A stretch of DNA of 64,000 bases from an uncultured delta proteobacterium (GCA_963808625.1 CAWEHK010000037.1:32001-96000); one strand, 5' to 3'. Positions 35,331-46,080 are shown, counted from the stretch's first letter. Notes: generated by a model from the letters alone, not told the origin. Numbers and translations: made by a program.

Positions 35331-36110
35331 GCCCTGAAAGGGCTTCATAAGATAGCCCAGGGTAAGCAACCGCGCCACCCTGGGAGAGGGAGCCCAAACC
35401 CTGTCCTATACCCTGAAAGGGTTAGATAAATCGTTGTGTGTGCCCGTATGAATTATGTAACCCCTTCAGGGTAAATATTCGGGTTGTCCTTGCTTCCCCA
35501 GGGTGGCGCTAACGCTGACCCTGGGCTGATTTATCGAGCCCTTTCAGGGCAAAAACGTCAGTTGTTCCTGGTTCCCCAGGTGGCGCCAGCGCTGACCCTG
35601 GGTTGATTTATCGAGCCCTTTCAGGGCAAAAACGTCAGTTGTTCCCTGGTTCCCCCAGGGTGGCGCTAGCACTGACCCTGGGCTGATTTATCGAGCCCTT
35701 TCAGGGCAAAAACGTCAGTTGTTCCTGGCTCCCCAGGATGGCGCCCTGAGGGTAACGTCAGTTGCACTTGTTCCTGGCCCCAGCACTGACCCTGGGCTGA
35801 TTTATCGAGCCCTTTCAGGGCAAAAACGTCAGTTGTTCCTGGTTCCCCAGGATGGCACCAGCGCTGACCCTGGGCTGATTTATCAAGCCCTTTCAGGGCA
35901 AAAACGTCAGTTGCTCCTGGTTCCCCAGGATGGCACCAGCGCTGACCCTGGGCTGATTTATCGAGCCCTTTCAGGGCAAAAACGTTATTGTTTTTCCTGA
36001 TTCCCCAGGATGGCACCAGCACTGACCCTGGGCTGATTTATCAAGCCCCTTCGGGGCGAAAAAGCCGCTCCCCTAATTTATCGAGCCCCTTCAGGGCGAA
36101 AACGTCAGCT
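35331..36110. repeat. GCCCTGAAAGGGC-family palindromic element with right arm amplified into a ~78-bp tandem array
   Basis: ctgaccctggg units start at 35515, 35592, 35672, 35786, 35864, 35942 and 36022, plus a partial unit. Confidence 0.9.
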
Positions 36111-36360
36111 TGATGCGCATGGGGCACATGTCTTCTTGCCAATAAACCTGTAGGCTTACAAGTAATACGCGAAAACGTCAGCTTGATGCGTACGGGGCAC
36201 ATGTCCCTTTGCTGGTGGGCACAGCCTGTGCTGCGGGATGCCGTGCCGCTGCCGGACGTTACCTCGGGCGACGAATCTACCGGTACCTCGGCAGCGTATT
36301 TTGGCTTCTTACCCGCTTCCTCACCCGTGGTGCTCACTCCGCCTTCCACTCCGGCTCGAT

Positions 36361-36388
36361 GGGGCGGAGGGTTCCACCCATCCGCCCC
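36361..36388 (-). other. GC-rich hairpin downstream of the putative variable repeat
   Basis: ggggcgga-gggttccaccca-tccgcccc, 8-bp stem ~50 bp after the stop codon. Confidence 0.55.
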
Positions 36389-36436
36389 CTCGGCCTGCGT
36401 TCCAGGCTCCGTTCGCTCCTGCCTGCTGGAACCTGC

Positions 36437-39400
36437 CTACCCGCCAGACGGAACTGGGGCCACGCGGAAGCCGAGACCGCCGTACCGGCGGACGGCTCGC
36501 CCCGTACCGGTACGCCGCCCGGCAGTACCCGGCAGAGCCGACCCAGCTGCCGCCCCGGATCACCCGGGACGAGGCCCCAGCGGCACCCGTTGGGTTGACT
36601 GCCAAGTCGGCCTGATACCGCCCCAGCCAATCCGCGCACCATTCCCATACGTTTCCCGCCAGGTCGCAAATGCCGTCAGGCGTCGTGCCGAGCGGATAGA
36701 CGCCGACCGGGGTCGCATGGCCAATCTCGCTCTTATCGTAATTAAGCCGGGAAGGATCGGGCTCTTCATCCCCCCAGGGATACTTGCGTCCCTCACTGCC
36801 CCGTGCCGCTCGCTCCCACTCCGCTTCCGTAGGCAGCCGGAGCCCAGCCCAGCGGCAGTAGGCCGAGGCTTCATACCAGCTCACCCCAACCACGGGGCGC
36901 GACGGGTGCAACCGTTGCTCGTCCCAGCCCTCCGGCCCGGAGAAATTCACCAAATCCCCCCGCTTCCCACCAGCGCTCGTTTTCGTACCCCTCATCCTCG
37001 ATAAATCTCCGATACAGATCCACGGTAACCGGATAGCGGGCAATCGAGAAAGCATCCAGGTAGACCTTATGGACCGGTGATTCGCTCCAGTCCGCATCTT
37101 TATCCTCATACGCATCAGGATCATAGTTGGGTTTTTTCCGGTCGCCTTCTGCGCTCCCATCCAAAACTCGCCGGCGGGAATGGTCACCCAGTAGTCATCC
37201 CGGCGACGGATCAAGGCGCGGGTCGCCGGCCTGCCCGAGGGCTTCCGCAGCCTCAATGCGGGTTTCCAGGGGGACGGTCTGCGACCTCTTGCGGTCGAAG
37301 ATGGCCATGACCCGATGCAGCAATTCCTGGTACTGGTGATCGGGAGGTTCGTAAGCCCACCGGCGCCAGGTCGCGCAGAATGGCTCCCATCAGCCCCGCA
37401 CAGCGGGCCTGTTCAGCGAGTGGAGCGCGGCTTCCCGCCTTATCGAGCATCGCTTTCACCAGGTTGTCCACTTTAGCTCGTCCCTGTTCGTGGAGGATGC
37501 CCGCAAAAAGCAACACCACTTCCCGCCACTCGGGGAGATACAGCTTGGCCGGCGGCCCCCACAGCAGACGGTGCTGCTCGGCTTCGGGCCGGGCGGCAAG
37601 GGCGCGGGCGGCCAGGAATTCCTGGAAGGTGCGGTGCCAGTACTGCACCTGGTTGCCCCGACGGACCACGATGCCACTGTCGAGCTCCTCGTCTTCGAGA
37701 AAATGCTCGGCACGTGAAATCGCCTCCTTGTCGACCTGGCCGCGCGTCCATTCCCGGGCAATCTCTTCTGCGGCCCAGCGTTTGGGAACCTCGGTGCGCA
37801 TCCCCTCGGGGTGGTTCTGCATGGCCAGCGCCAGTTCCTGGAGAAGCACCACGGTATAATCGGCCGTCACCCGCCCCGGCCGTTGCTCGCGCGAGCGCGA
37901 GAGCCAGCGGATGATGGATTCGTAAAGATCGGCCCGTTGTTCGGGCAGACGGCGCTCATTCCAGTGCACGACCGCCAGCGCCGTCAGCATCACCGGATTA
38001 CGGGCCAGGCGGCGAATCTCCGGCCGCGCCTGCAACGCCAGGAGCAATTCCGAACAGTGTTTCGGCCAGGGGAGTGCTGGTCGGCTCTCCCGGTAAAGCG
38101 CCTTGCACCAGTGAGAGAGGAAGGTCTTCACCGCCTCGTCGGAAAGGGGGTCGATGCGGGCGTGCTCAAAGCCGGGCAGGATCACCTTCTTCCGTGTAGC
38201 CCGCGGGGCGGCTGGTCACCACCAGTCGGCACCCGGGTAGGTCCCGGCGGCGCTCCCGATCCACCGAGAAAGGCGTTCGCGGGCCAGGCGGTCAGCCGCC
38301 TCGTCCAGCCCATCCAGCAGCACGGTGCACCGCCCGTCTGCCAGTTGCCGGCGGAAGAAGTCAGGGGTCAGCCCCAGGCCGCAGTCACCGCAGGTCGCCC
38401 CCAGGTAGTGCGGCAGCCAGAGCTGGCGAACCATCTCCGGACGGGGCCGCAGAATCTTTCTTGTGCCGCGAGATATACTCATCCAGCTCATTCAGCCGGA
38501 TAAGGATGGGAAAGGTCCGTTCGCCAATGCCGAGACGCGTTCGAGCCGCCTCGGGCGCCTGGCCCAGCTCCGTCTGGCAGAGAACGTTCGCCAGCCTGCG
38601 GAGAAAGGTGGTCTTCCCTGCCCCGGGATCGCCGATCACTACCAGCCGGTCGTGCCTGAGCGCAGCATCCAGCGGCAAGGTCCGGCTTTCGCCGAGGGCC
38701 CCTTCCCTTCCGATTCCCTTCTCCCGGCCCTTGCGTCCGCCTTTGGGCGACGTTTGGTCGCGGCCCGCTAAAGTTTGGGTTGCGGTAAGGGTAATGAAAA
38801 GATCCTCAATGGGAAAGCGATGAACCTGCTGCTGGCCTGTCATCAAGCCGCGAATCTCGATGTGGCTGGTCTTCTCAAGCAAGTCCTGCAAGTATGCCGA
38901 GGGATCGGCGATAGGCGCCGGTGGCTTTTCCGGCACTCCCGGCGCCAGGGGTGCAATCGAATACAAAACCTTCCGCAGATGCTCGTCGACCAGTTCGGCA
39001 AAGCTCTCTTTCGAACCCCTGACGCCCAGGTAAGCTTTGTGGAGCCCCTTCTTCTCCAACTTCTTCCTGAATCGCTGGACCTTGGCGCATTGACTGAGAT
39101 CCTGCTTCTCGGGATCGATCACTTCCCTGCTGAAATAGAAAAGAATCCAGGGCTTCCCGAATTTTCCCCAACGGTTCAGCGCATCATTGAATTCCTTCTC
39201 CGTGCCCGATCCATACTGACCGGTGCGGGTGCCGAAGCGGTGCTTCATGATGCCGAGATAGATGTCATAGGGGGGAAGCTGCCGGTCGATCACCTCCTGA
39301 GGTTCCGGGCCGATCTGGGGAACGCTGTCTTCCTCCCATTTCCACACCTCGAGGCGAGCTTTGCGCTCGGCGCCATCCGTCCGATTGATGCGAGCGACGA

Positions 39401-39491
39401 CTTCATCCAAGGCCTTCCTCTCTTCTGCCACGTCGCTCGGCGAAGACACGAATACACGAATGATGCGCACTGTCTCAGGGTCTTCGTTCAT
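36437..39491 (-). CDS. DUF4062-like + NACHT NTPase + FGE-sulfatase (C-type lectin fold) multidomain protein (frameshifted in assembly)
   Basis: IRVFVSSPSDVAEER; Walker A GDPGAGKTT; Walker B VLLDGLDE; LARNPVML; WHRTFQEFLAA; IPAGEFWMG, RLPTEAEWERAARG, DLAGNVWEWC, RVIRGGSW, LGFRVA. Confidence 0.88.
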
Positions 39492-39659
39492 AGCTGCGCT
39501 CCCTGATTGGGCAATAATTGCATAGGCATCCCGAAAAACCTCCAATGATCAGCCATCAACAGGGCCGCAGCATAGCGACTTTGCTCATGGGGAGGTAACC
39601 CAGGGGGAGAGCGGTATGCACTCTCCGGCTTAACTCGGCGAAAGTCCGTAGTCTGTTCT

Positions 39660-39750
39660 GGTGGGCGCCAAAAGACGCGCCCACCCTACTTCCGATTCCT
39701 GCGACTAACCGTGTCTCGTAGGGTGGGCACAACGCTTTATCGTGCCCACC
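39660..39750. repeat. GTAGGGTGGGC REP-like palindromes (pair)
   Basis: ggtgggcgccaaaagacgcgcccaccctac and gtagggtgggcacaacgctttatcgtgcccacc; related pair near 15469 and 15707. Confidence 0.7.
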
Positions 39751-39781
39751 AATACGGGTTGAGGACTTCTCCTGTGCTGTC

Positions 39782-41011
39782 CTAGGGCATTGCTCCCGCT
39801 CTCTCGTAAAATGCCATGCTGGCAAAGGTCACGAACGAGTTCTGGTTGTCCACAACCGCATGGGTGTGTTCGAGGACTTCTCCGGCCGCCGAGCCTTCGA
39901 GGATCTTGGCGAGCACATAGAGAGAGGCCATCCCACAGACGCGACGGCGATTCCGGCCGCGGCCCACTCGCTCCATGAATTCCAGGGGATCGCATTTGCC
40001 GAGGCTCTCGAGCAGTTCGCCATCGGCCTCGAGGTGTTCTCGAACCGTGCCCGCATGAGGGCGAAAGAGGTCCCCATAGCGGGGACCGATATGCGCCAGG
40101 TCCACACTGGCGATAAACCCGACGGCGTGGCCGCCCTCCCGCGCCAGGTCGCGAAGCAATTCCGCTACGCCATCGATATAGGCGCGATCGGTTTCCCAGT
40201 CTTCCAGGGAATAGGAGCAGAGCAGCGGCACGATCCGAGACGACGGTTGGGTGTGCGCCAGGAATACCGCCTGAAATTCGATGGTGTGTTCCTTGCGATG
40301 GAGGTATTCACCAGCCATAAGGTCGCGGGGAGAACGCTGCTGGAGTTTCTCGCCGTACCCCCGGTCACAGGGCACCAGCCCGAGCGGTGTTTCAAAGTCC
40401 TTTAGGGTCAGGGCAAAATAGTTCTCAACCGGTTCGTGGCCCGTTCCGAGGACCACCCAGGTGGATGGGGCATCGTTTCGCATCGCCGCCCGGTAGGCAT
40501 GCGCAAAGCACACTCCGCCGGCGGTGAGATCGATGTGGGGCGCCATGAGCCCGACCAGGCGCTTCTCCGTTTCGTTCCGCGCCTCCTTCGATCCCGGAAT
40601 ATCGGAAAAGAAGCCGTCCAGTTGTGCCCGCAACGCTGCGGAGTCCAGGGGATAGCTCTTGCCGGCGAACTGCATTCTGCGCACCGGGTCCTGATAAAAT
40701 TCATTCCGTTCCTGGGAGACCACGCGCAGAAAACGTTCATTTTCCAGGAAAAGATTTTCATCCAATTTCTTAATGAAGTCCTGGAGGTTTTCCATGAAAA
40801 GCAGTTCTCCGGTCTTTCTTACGTAATAAGCCTGGAGGTCCCGCAGCGAGTTCTCTCCGTTCATCTGGAAGAGGAGAGCAGCGAGCGGCAGAGGAATCAG
40901 TAACGTATCACGAGCATACCCCCGGCCGTCGCGGAGTACGACGAGCCGCTGCCCTTGATGGTCAACCGGCACCGCTTCCAGCCCGTTACGCAGCTTTGGA
41001 TAATCAAGCAT
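39782..41011 (-). CDS. amrB: AmmeMemoRadiSam system protein B (MEMO1 family) with N-terminal extension
   Basis: FAGKSYP, MAPHID, LGTGH, EHTIEFQ, ASVDLAHIGPRYGD, VCG. Confidence 0.88.
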   Translation of the reverse strand: MLDYPKLRNGLEAVPVDHQGQRLVVLRDGRGYARDTLLIPLPLAALLFQMNGENSLRDLQAYYVRKTGELLFMENLQDFIKKLDENLFLENERFLRVVSQERNEFYQDPVRRMQFAGKSYPLDSAALRAQLDGFFSDIPGSKEARNETEKRLVGLMAPHIDLTAGGVCFAHAYRAAMRNDAPSTWVVLGTGHEPVENYFALTLKDFETPLGLVPCDRGYGEKLQQRSPRDLMAGEYLHRKEHTIEFQAVFLAHTQPSSRIVPLLCSYSLEDWETDRAYIDGVAELLRDLAREGGHAVGFIASVDLAHIGPRYGDLFRPHAGTVREHLEADGELLESLGKCDPLEFMERVGRGRNRRRVCGMASLYVLAKILEGSAAGEVLEHTHAVVDNQNSFVTFASMAFYERAGAMP

Positions 41012-41247
41012 GGCTTCGTCCCATCTTCGAAAGTGCCCCGGTGAAATCGGTCAATGCTCTTGACACCTTCGCAGGTCCTTGGGAAAATGAATTTCTCTCA
41101 TACCGTTCAGCCTCAGCATGAGCCCTTCGCGATTTTTCCGATTTTCCGCTGAGACATTGACTGCCCGCATCAACTATGGTACCGATAAAAGCTTGCACTT
41201 TACGATTTTTTTCAATGTTTTCAGGTCATTTTTATACAGGGACGAGA

Positions 41248-42962
41248 ATGACGTCAACACATCTTCGCTGGTTTCTTGTGGCTGTTGTGGCAACCATCAC
41301 TGGTTGCACGCAGCTCGCGGTGCCCCAGAACCCGCTCAGGCCAAAGGTGCCGCAACCGCCTTCCACGGCATCGCTGACGGAGGCAAATTCTTACTATGAG
41401 TACCTGGCGGCGCAAAACTACGTCCGTACCAATCAGATTGAACAGGCCGTTGAAGCATATAACAAAGCTCTGCAAAAAGATCCACACTCGGCGGTGCTGC
41501 TCACCGAACTCGCCTCCTTGTATGTGCGGCAGGGCAAGATTGATGCGGCCCTCAAGCTGACCGAAGATGCGGTCACTTACAACCCCGATTATGAACACGC
41601 CTACCTGATGCTGGGCCAGCTTTACGCCGGGACCGGGCAGAGCAGCAAAGCCATCATGACCTATAAACGACTCATCGAGATAGACCCTACGGACGGGGAC
41701 GCGTACCTCCTGCTGGGGACGCTCTACGCACAGGAAGGCCGGGCTACGGAGGCCATGGAGATCTTTGATCGTCTCCAGCAGCTGTACCCTGACAGTCCGA
41801 TGGCAGCCTACTACAAGGGCCGTGTTTTCCTCGATATGAAACTTTACGATCAAGCCGAAATGGCGTATCAGCAAGTGCTTTCCATGGAACCCTCTTTTGA
41901 AAACGCCCTCCTCGATCTGGCCTACATTTATGAACTGACCGAGCGGCCTAAAGCTGCGGAAGAGACCTATCTCCGCATCCTTTCCTTTGACCCCGGCAGT
42001 GTCCAGGCCAATACCCGCCTGGGCAACCTCTACATGCGCCAGGGCAAGCTGGATCAAGCCCTCCAGTCGTTTGGGCAGCTGCTCCATCGTAATCGAAAAG
42101 ATATCGAAAGCCGCCTGAAGATTGGCATCATCCATCTGCAGCAGAAGAACTATGAGGACGCCATTCAGGATTTCACCTATTTACTGAAAGAAGAACCACA
42201 GTATGACCAGGCCCTCTATTACCTTGGCACCACCTATGAGGAGCAGGGGGACATGCAACAGGCTATCGTAAATCTGCGCATGATTTCCCGCAAGCAGCCC
42301 TTTATGGACGGCAGCACAGGTTCGTCTGGCCCTCATCTTTTCCAAGATCAAAGACTACCGCAGTGGTCAGGAAGTGCTCAGCGAGGCCCTTGCCAAACGG
42401 CCGGACCTTCCCGATCTGTATCTCTACGCCGCGGTCCTTTATGAGGACGAAAAGAAGTACGACGAGGCGATGAGGATGCTTGACAAGGGTCTGGAAAAGG
42501 CGCCCCAGGATGCGGATCTGCTGTTTCGCAAGGGCGCTCTGCTGGACAAGATGGGGAGAAAGAATGAAGCCATCGAGGTGATGCGTAAAATCCTCGCGAC
42601 CGACCCCAAGAATGCCAACGCCCTGAATTACATCGGTTACAGCTATGCCGAGCAGGGTATCAACCTGGTGGAAGCCAGGCAAATGATCAAGACTGCGCCT
42701 CGAGATTGAGCCGGAAGATGGCTACATTATGGACAGCATGGCGTGGGTGACCTACCGGATGGGCCAGCATAAGAAGGCCCTCGACATCATTCTGGAGGCG
42801 ATCAGGCGCGTGCCCCGTGACCCGGTGATGCACGAGCACCTGGGCGACATCTATCTGAGCCTGGGGAAGAAAGCCAAGGCCGCCGAGGCCTATCAGAAGG
42901 CCCTTGAATACGAGCACAGTGAGCCGGAAAAAATTCAGGAAAAGCTCAAAGGACTCCAATGA
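41248..42962 (+). CDS. Tetratricopeptide-repeat lipoprotein (frameshifted)
   Basis: ITGC lipobox, many TPR units, ALNYIGYSYAE, MDSMAWV, EHLGDIY. Confidence 0.85.
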
Positions 42963-43744
42963 AGTCCACTCTGACCCGGTTGTTTCTACCAATCATTGTG
43001 CTGCTTTCTCTGGGCGGCTGCGCCCACCCGCCGCTTCCGGCCGAGGGACCGCAGCCGGCCTTTTCCGGGGAATGGCTGCCGGCACTCCGGGAGCGTTCCG
43101 AACACTGGACGAGCTACCAGGCGAGAGTGACCCTCAGAGCGCAAACGACAGAGAAGAAGTTCAATCTGAATGCCATAATTCTGGCCAGGCTGCCCGATGA
43201 GTTCCGCCTGGAAGCTTTCCGCTTGGGGCAAACCGTCGGCGTCCTCACCTTGAACCACGGACAATCCAGCCTTTTCGTTCCCTCCGAAAAGGTCGTCTAC
43301 ACCGCAGACCGTTCGGAACGTCTGATCGCCCATTTTTTGGGAATCGCCCTGCCTCTAGACCTTTCGGATACAGCCTGAGCGCCGGGTTGCCGCCGGACCA
43401 ACTGGAGACCTTCAGATCATACGCCATGGTCGCCGAATGGTTCGGATACGCAAAGCCCTCGCCTGAAGGCTGGTCATACGCGTGGCAATTCCTCTCCTCT
43501 CCTCAAAAGATGGCGTCGGTACACATCAAACGGGCAGCCTGGAGCTATGCGATTCGCTATGAACCGCCGGTGGGGTCTGGCGGTGCAGGACGTACCCACA
43601 AAAAATCACTTTCTCCTCGGCCCAATGGCAAATCGAACTGACCGTTCAAGAAATGACGGCTGCTCCCATCCTGCAGGACGCGGTTTTCAATACGGCCTTA
43701 CCGGGGAAGTCCGGCACGTGGATCTGAGCAGTCTGCAACCCTGA
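42959..43744 (+). CDS. Lipoprotein, possibly LolB-like (frameshifted)
   Basis: LGGC lipobox, RLEAFRLGQ beta-rich segment, overlaps TPR gene stop. Confidence 0.5.
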
Positions 43745-43769
43745 AGGCCTAAGCCGATAGCCAAGGATC

Positions 43770-44245
43770 ATGGACGCGGCAGAAAAGCATTTCGTGGTTG
43801 ATAGCATGCTGGGAAAACTGGCAAAATGGCTGCGCATTCTGGGGCTTGAACGCGCTGTGAACGTCTCGAGCTCGCGAACAGATCGACGGCTATCGCCAGC
43901 AAGGCTTTCTGTTGGTCACCCGTAATCGTCGGTGGTCCGGTCAGAGCACCGGGTCATCTGCCTGACCGCAAACGATCCCGCCGATCAACTCCGATAGGTC
44001 GTTTCCCTGGCGCCCGTTACGCAGCAGGAAATCCGTCTGCTGCGACGTTGTGTTCGCTGCAATGAGGAACTCCGAGAAGTGGAAAGGCAGGACGCCTTCG
44101 GGCAAGTACCGGATTACGTGTTTGAGACGCACACTTCCTTTCACCAGTGTCCGAACTGCCGGAAGATCTACTGGCCGGGAAGTCATCCCAGCGGATGATG
44201 CAGCGGTTAGAGCGCGAATTGGGATGGACCCTCGCGATAGCTTAA
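43770..44245 (+). CDS. Mut7-C RNase domain protein (frameshifted)
   Basis: FVVDSMLGKLAKWLRILG at start; RCVRCN and CPNCRKIYWPGSH in another frame. Confidence 0.82.
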
Positions 44246-44342
44246 AGAGCGTAAATCAATGAAGCAGGGGGAAGAGTTGGTGCCGCATGAGCGACGCCGC
44301 AGCAGGGAAACCAGGTAACCTAAAGAAGGAGGAGGTTCAACG

Positions 44343-44735
44343 ATGAACGCATTGGTGGCAAAGCTTTTGGGGATGATCAAGAATTTGTTTTCCTTTGGAG
44401 TAGAGTATCAACAGATTGCGGTGCAATGGCTGCTGAGGTTTTTAAAAGTACAGTCAAAAAAATGGAAACAATGCAGCGTGCGGAGAGAACTGGACAAGGC
44501 CTACAGCAAGTTGGGCGCTGAAGTCTTCGCTCTTTACCAGGGCGGCCAGACGGACTTGCAGGGAGCGCCGCTTGTCGACCAAAAGCTGAAGCTGGTCGAA
44601 GAAGCTGAGAGCGGAGTGTTTGCGGTGGCACAGGAGGTCGAAGCAATCAACCGCGATTACCAGGAAAAGAAACAGGCGATCAGCGACAAGTATCGGATGA
44701 AGCGAGCGGCAACGGGCGAGAGCGGCCCGGAATAA
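44343..44735 (+). CDS. Hypothetical coiled-coil protein
   Basis: 130-aa ORF with strong AGGAGG RBS. Confidence 0.7.
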   Translation: MNALVAKLLGMIKNLFSFGVEYQQIAVQWLLRFLKVQSKKWKQCSVRRELDKAYSKLGAEVFALYQGGQTDLQGAPLVDQKLKLVEEAESGVFAVAQEVEAINRDYQEKKQAISDKYRMKRAATGESGPE

Positions 44736-44755
44736 GACTGAATGGTTGCGCGCCG

Positions 44756-45283
44756 CTAGTCGCCGGTGGCACACTCGGAGGGGTCGCCCTGGATCTTGTT
44801 CAAGGCGTGAGACAACGCCGGGAGGACCACCTCGAGGTTCTCCAGAGCGCCCTTCGGGCTTCCCGGGAGATTGACGATAAGCGTCTTGCCTCTAATGCCG
44901 ACAACGGCTCGGGAAATCATGGCGTGAGGGGTTTTCAAGAGACTTGCGGCGCGCATCGCTTCGGCCATGCCCGGGACCGTTCGGTCAACAACGGCGAGCG
45001 TCGCTTCCGGAGTGACGTCCCGGGGGGTGACGCCCGTCCCTCCGGTGGTCACGACCAGGGCAATCCCCTTCTCCACCGCACAGGTGATCAACTCTGCCGA
45101 AATCGCCTCCACTTCATCGGGGACTACGGCCTGATGCGTGACCTGGTAGCCGTCCTTCAGCAGCCGTTCGAGCAGCACCTGCCCGGAGCGATCTTCGCGT
45201 TCGCCCCGCGCTCCTTTATCGCTGATCGTGATGATGGCTGCCGTTCGATTGAACGTGCGTGCATCTCGCTCAATTTGGATCAT
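44756..45283 (-). CDS. mog: Molybdenum cofactor biosynthesis protein MogA/MoaB
   Basis: ITISDKG...EDRSG, TTGGTGVTPRDVTPEAT, NLPGSPKG. Confidence 0.92.
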   Translation of the reverse strand: MIQIERDARTFNRTAAIITISDKGARGEREDRSGQVLLERLLKDGYQVTHQAVVPDEVEAISAELITCAVEKGIALVVTTGGTGVTPRDVTPEATLAVVDRTVPGMAEAMRAASLLKTPHAMISRAVVGIRGKTLIVNLPGSPKGALENLEVVLPALSHALNKIQGDPSECATGD

Positions 45284-45483
45284 CTCGGGTTGGCATCGGC
45301 TACTCGGATCGGCAGGCTGGAAAGCCTGCCCCACAGGGGTTGATTTCGATTTTCTCGAAACCCTGCTCAACATGCGTTTATTTCAGTTTTCAGGAAAGCC
45401 TGCCCCACAGGGGTTGGCCCATCTCTTTATAAGTTCGCACCGCTTGGTACAGCCCCACATAAATAAGTTTTCGAAATAAGATC

Positions 45484-45546
45484 GTCATTCCGGCGAAAGC
45501 CGGAATCCAGGCAATCTTTCTGGATTTCGGTTTTCACTCGAATGAC
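45484..45546. repeat. Palindromic GTCATTCC element, copy 2
   Basis: gtcattccggcgaaagccggaatccag...gaatgac. Confidence 0.75.
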
Positions 45547-45585
45547 GTGGCAGAAATATGGTCAGTTTATGCTGCCGTGCTGTAT

Positions 45586-45963
45586 TTAGCCCTTGCGCAG
45601 GATGAGGCGGCGCGCCGCATGGGCCACCGTCACGGGGACGTCTTTGCTCTTCGCGATCTTTGATAAATCCTCCCGCATGAGGGTGCCGAGGAGTCTGGTC
45701 ACAAGCAAGAGCGGCGTCTTGGGATTCCATGCCAAACCCGAGCGCACCGGATAGTGTTTGAGCCATTCGTGATTCTCGGAAATCCGCCGTAAGGCGTCTT
45801 CATCGGTGCTTCGGGACCAGGCAATAATAGCGACCTCGGTATCGGTAATGCGAGGATTCGAGATGAGCGCAAGCTGGACCGCGCGGTTGGGGTCATGAAT
45901 CAGGAGCGTCCGGCCTTCCTTGTCACACCTCGAGGCAAAGCGCATCTTTTCCGTCACGCTCAT
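45586..45963 (-). CDS. Conserved hypothetical protein (start may be further upstream)
   Basis: LLIHDPN...ISNPRITDTEV...EWLKHYPVR..LAWNPKTP. Confidence 0.7.
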   Translation of the reverse strand: MSVTEKMRFASRCDKEGRTLLIHDPNRAVQLALISNPRITDTEVAIIAWSRSTDEDALRRISENHEWLKHYPVRSGLAWNPKTPLLLVTRLLGTLMREDLSKIAKSKDVPVTVAHAARRLILRKG

Positions 45964-46080
45964 GTTCTTGACCCTCAGGAAAAGGGATTCTTTCGCCTGT
46001 TCCGGGTCGTCTGCTCCCGCCTCTTTTTGCTCGCTCTCCTGCTCGGTGCTTAATTTTTCGATCGGGGCTCCTCGTGCCGG

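Noticed and set aside
35666..36022. Repeat-protein ORFs (DVFALKGLDKSAQG...)
   Set aside because: Translation by-products of the DNA repeat.
35495..36110. CRISPR array
   Set aside because: Whole units are near-identical with no unique spacers, no cas genes are present, and the unit derives from a dispersed palindromic element.
36100..39800. Complete DGR cassette within the window
   Set aside because: No reverse transcriptase, avd or AAC-rich template repeat was found by eye; only the target side is supported.
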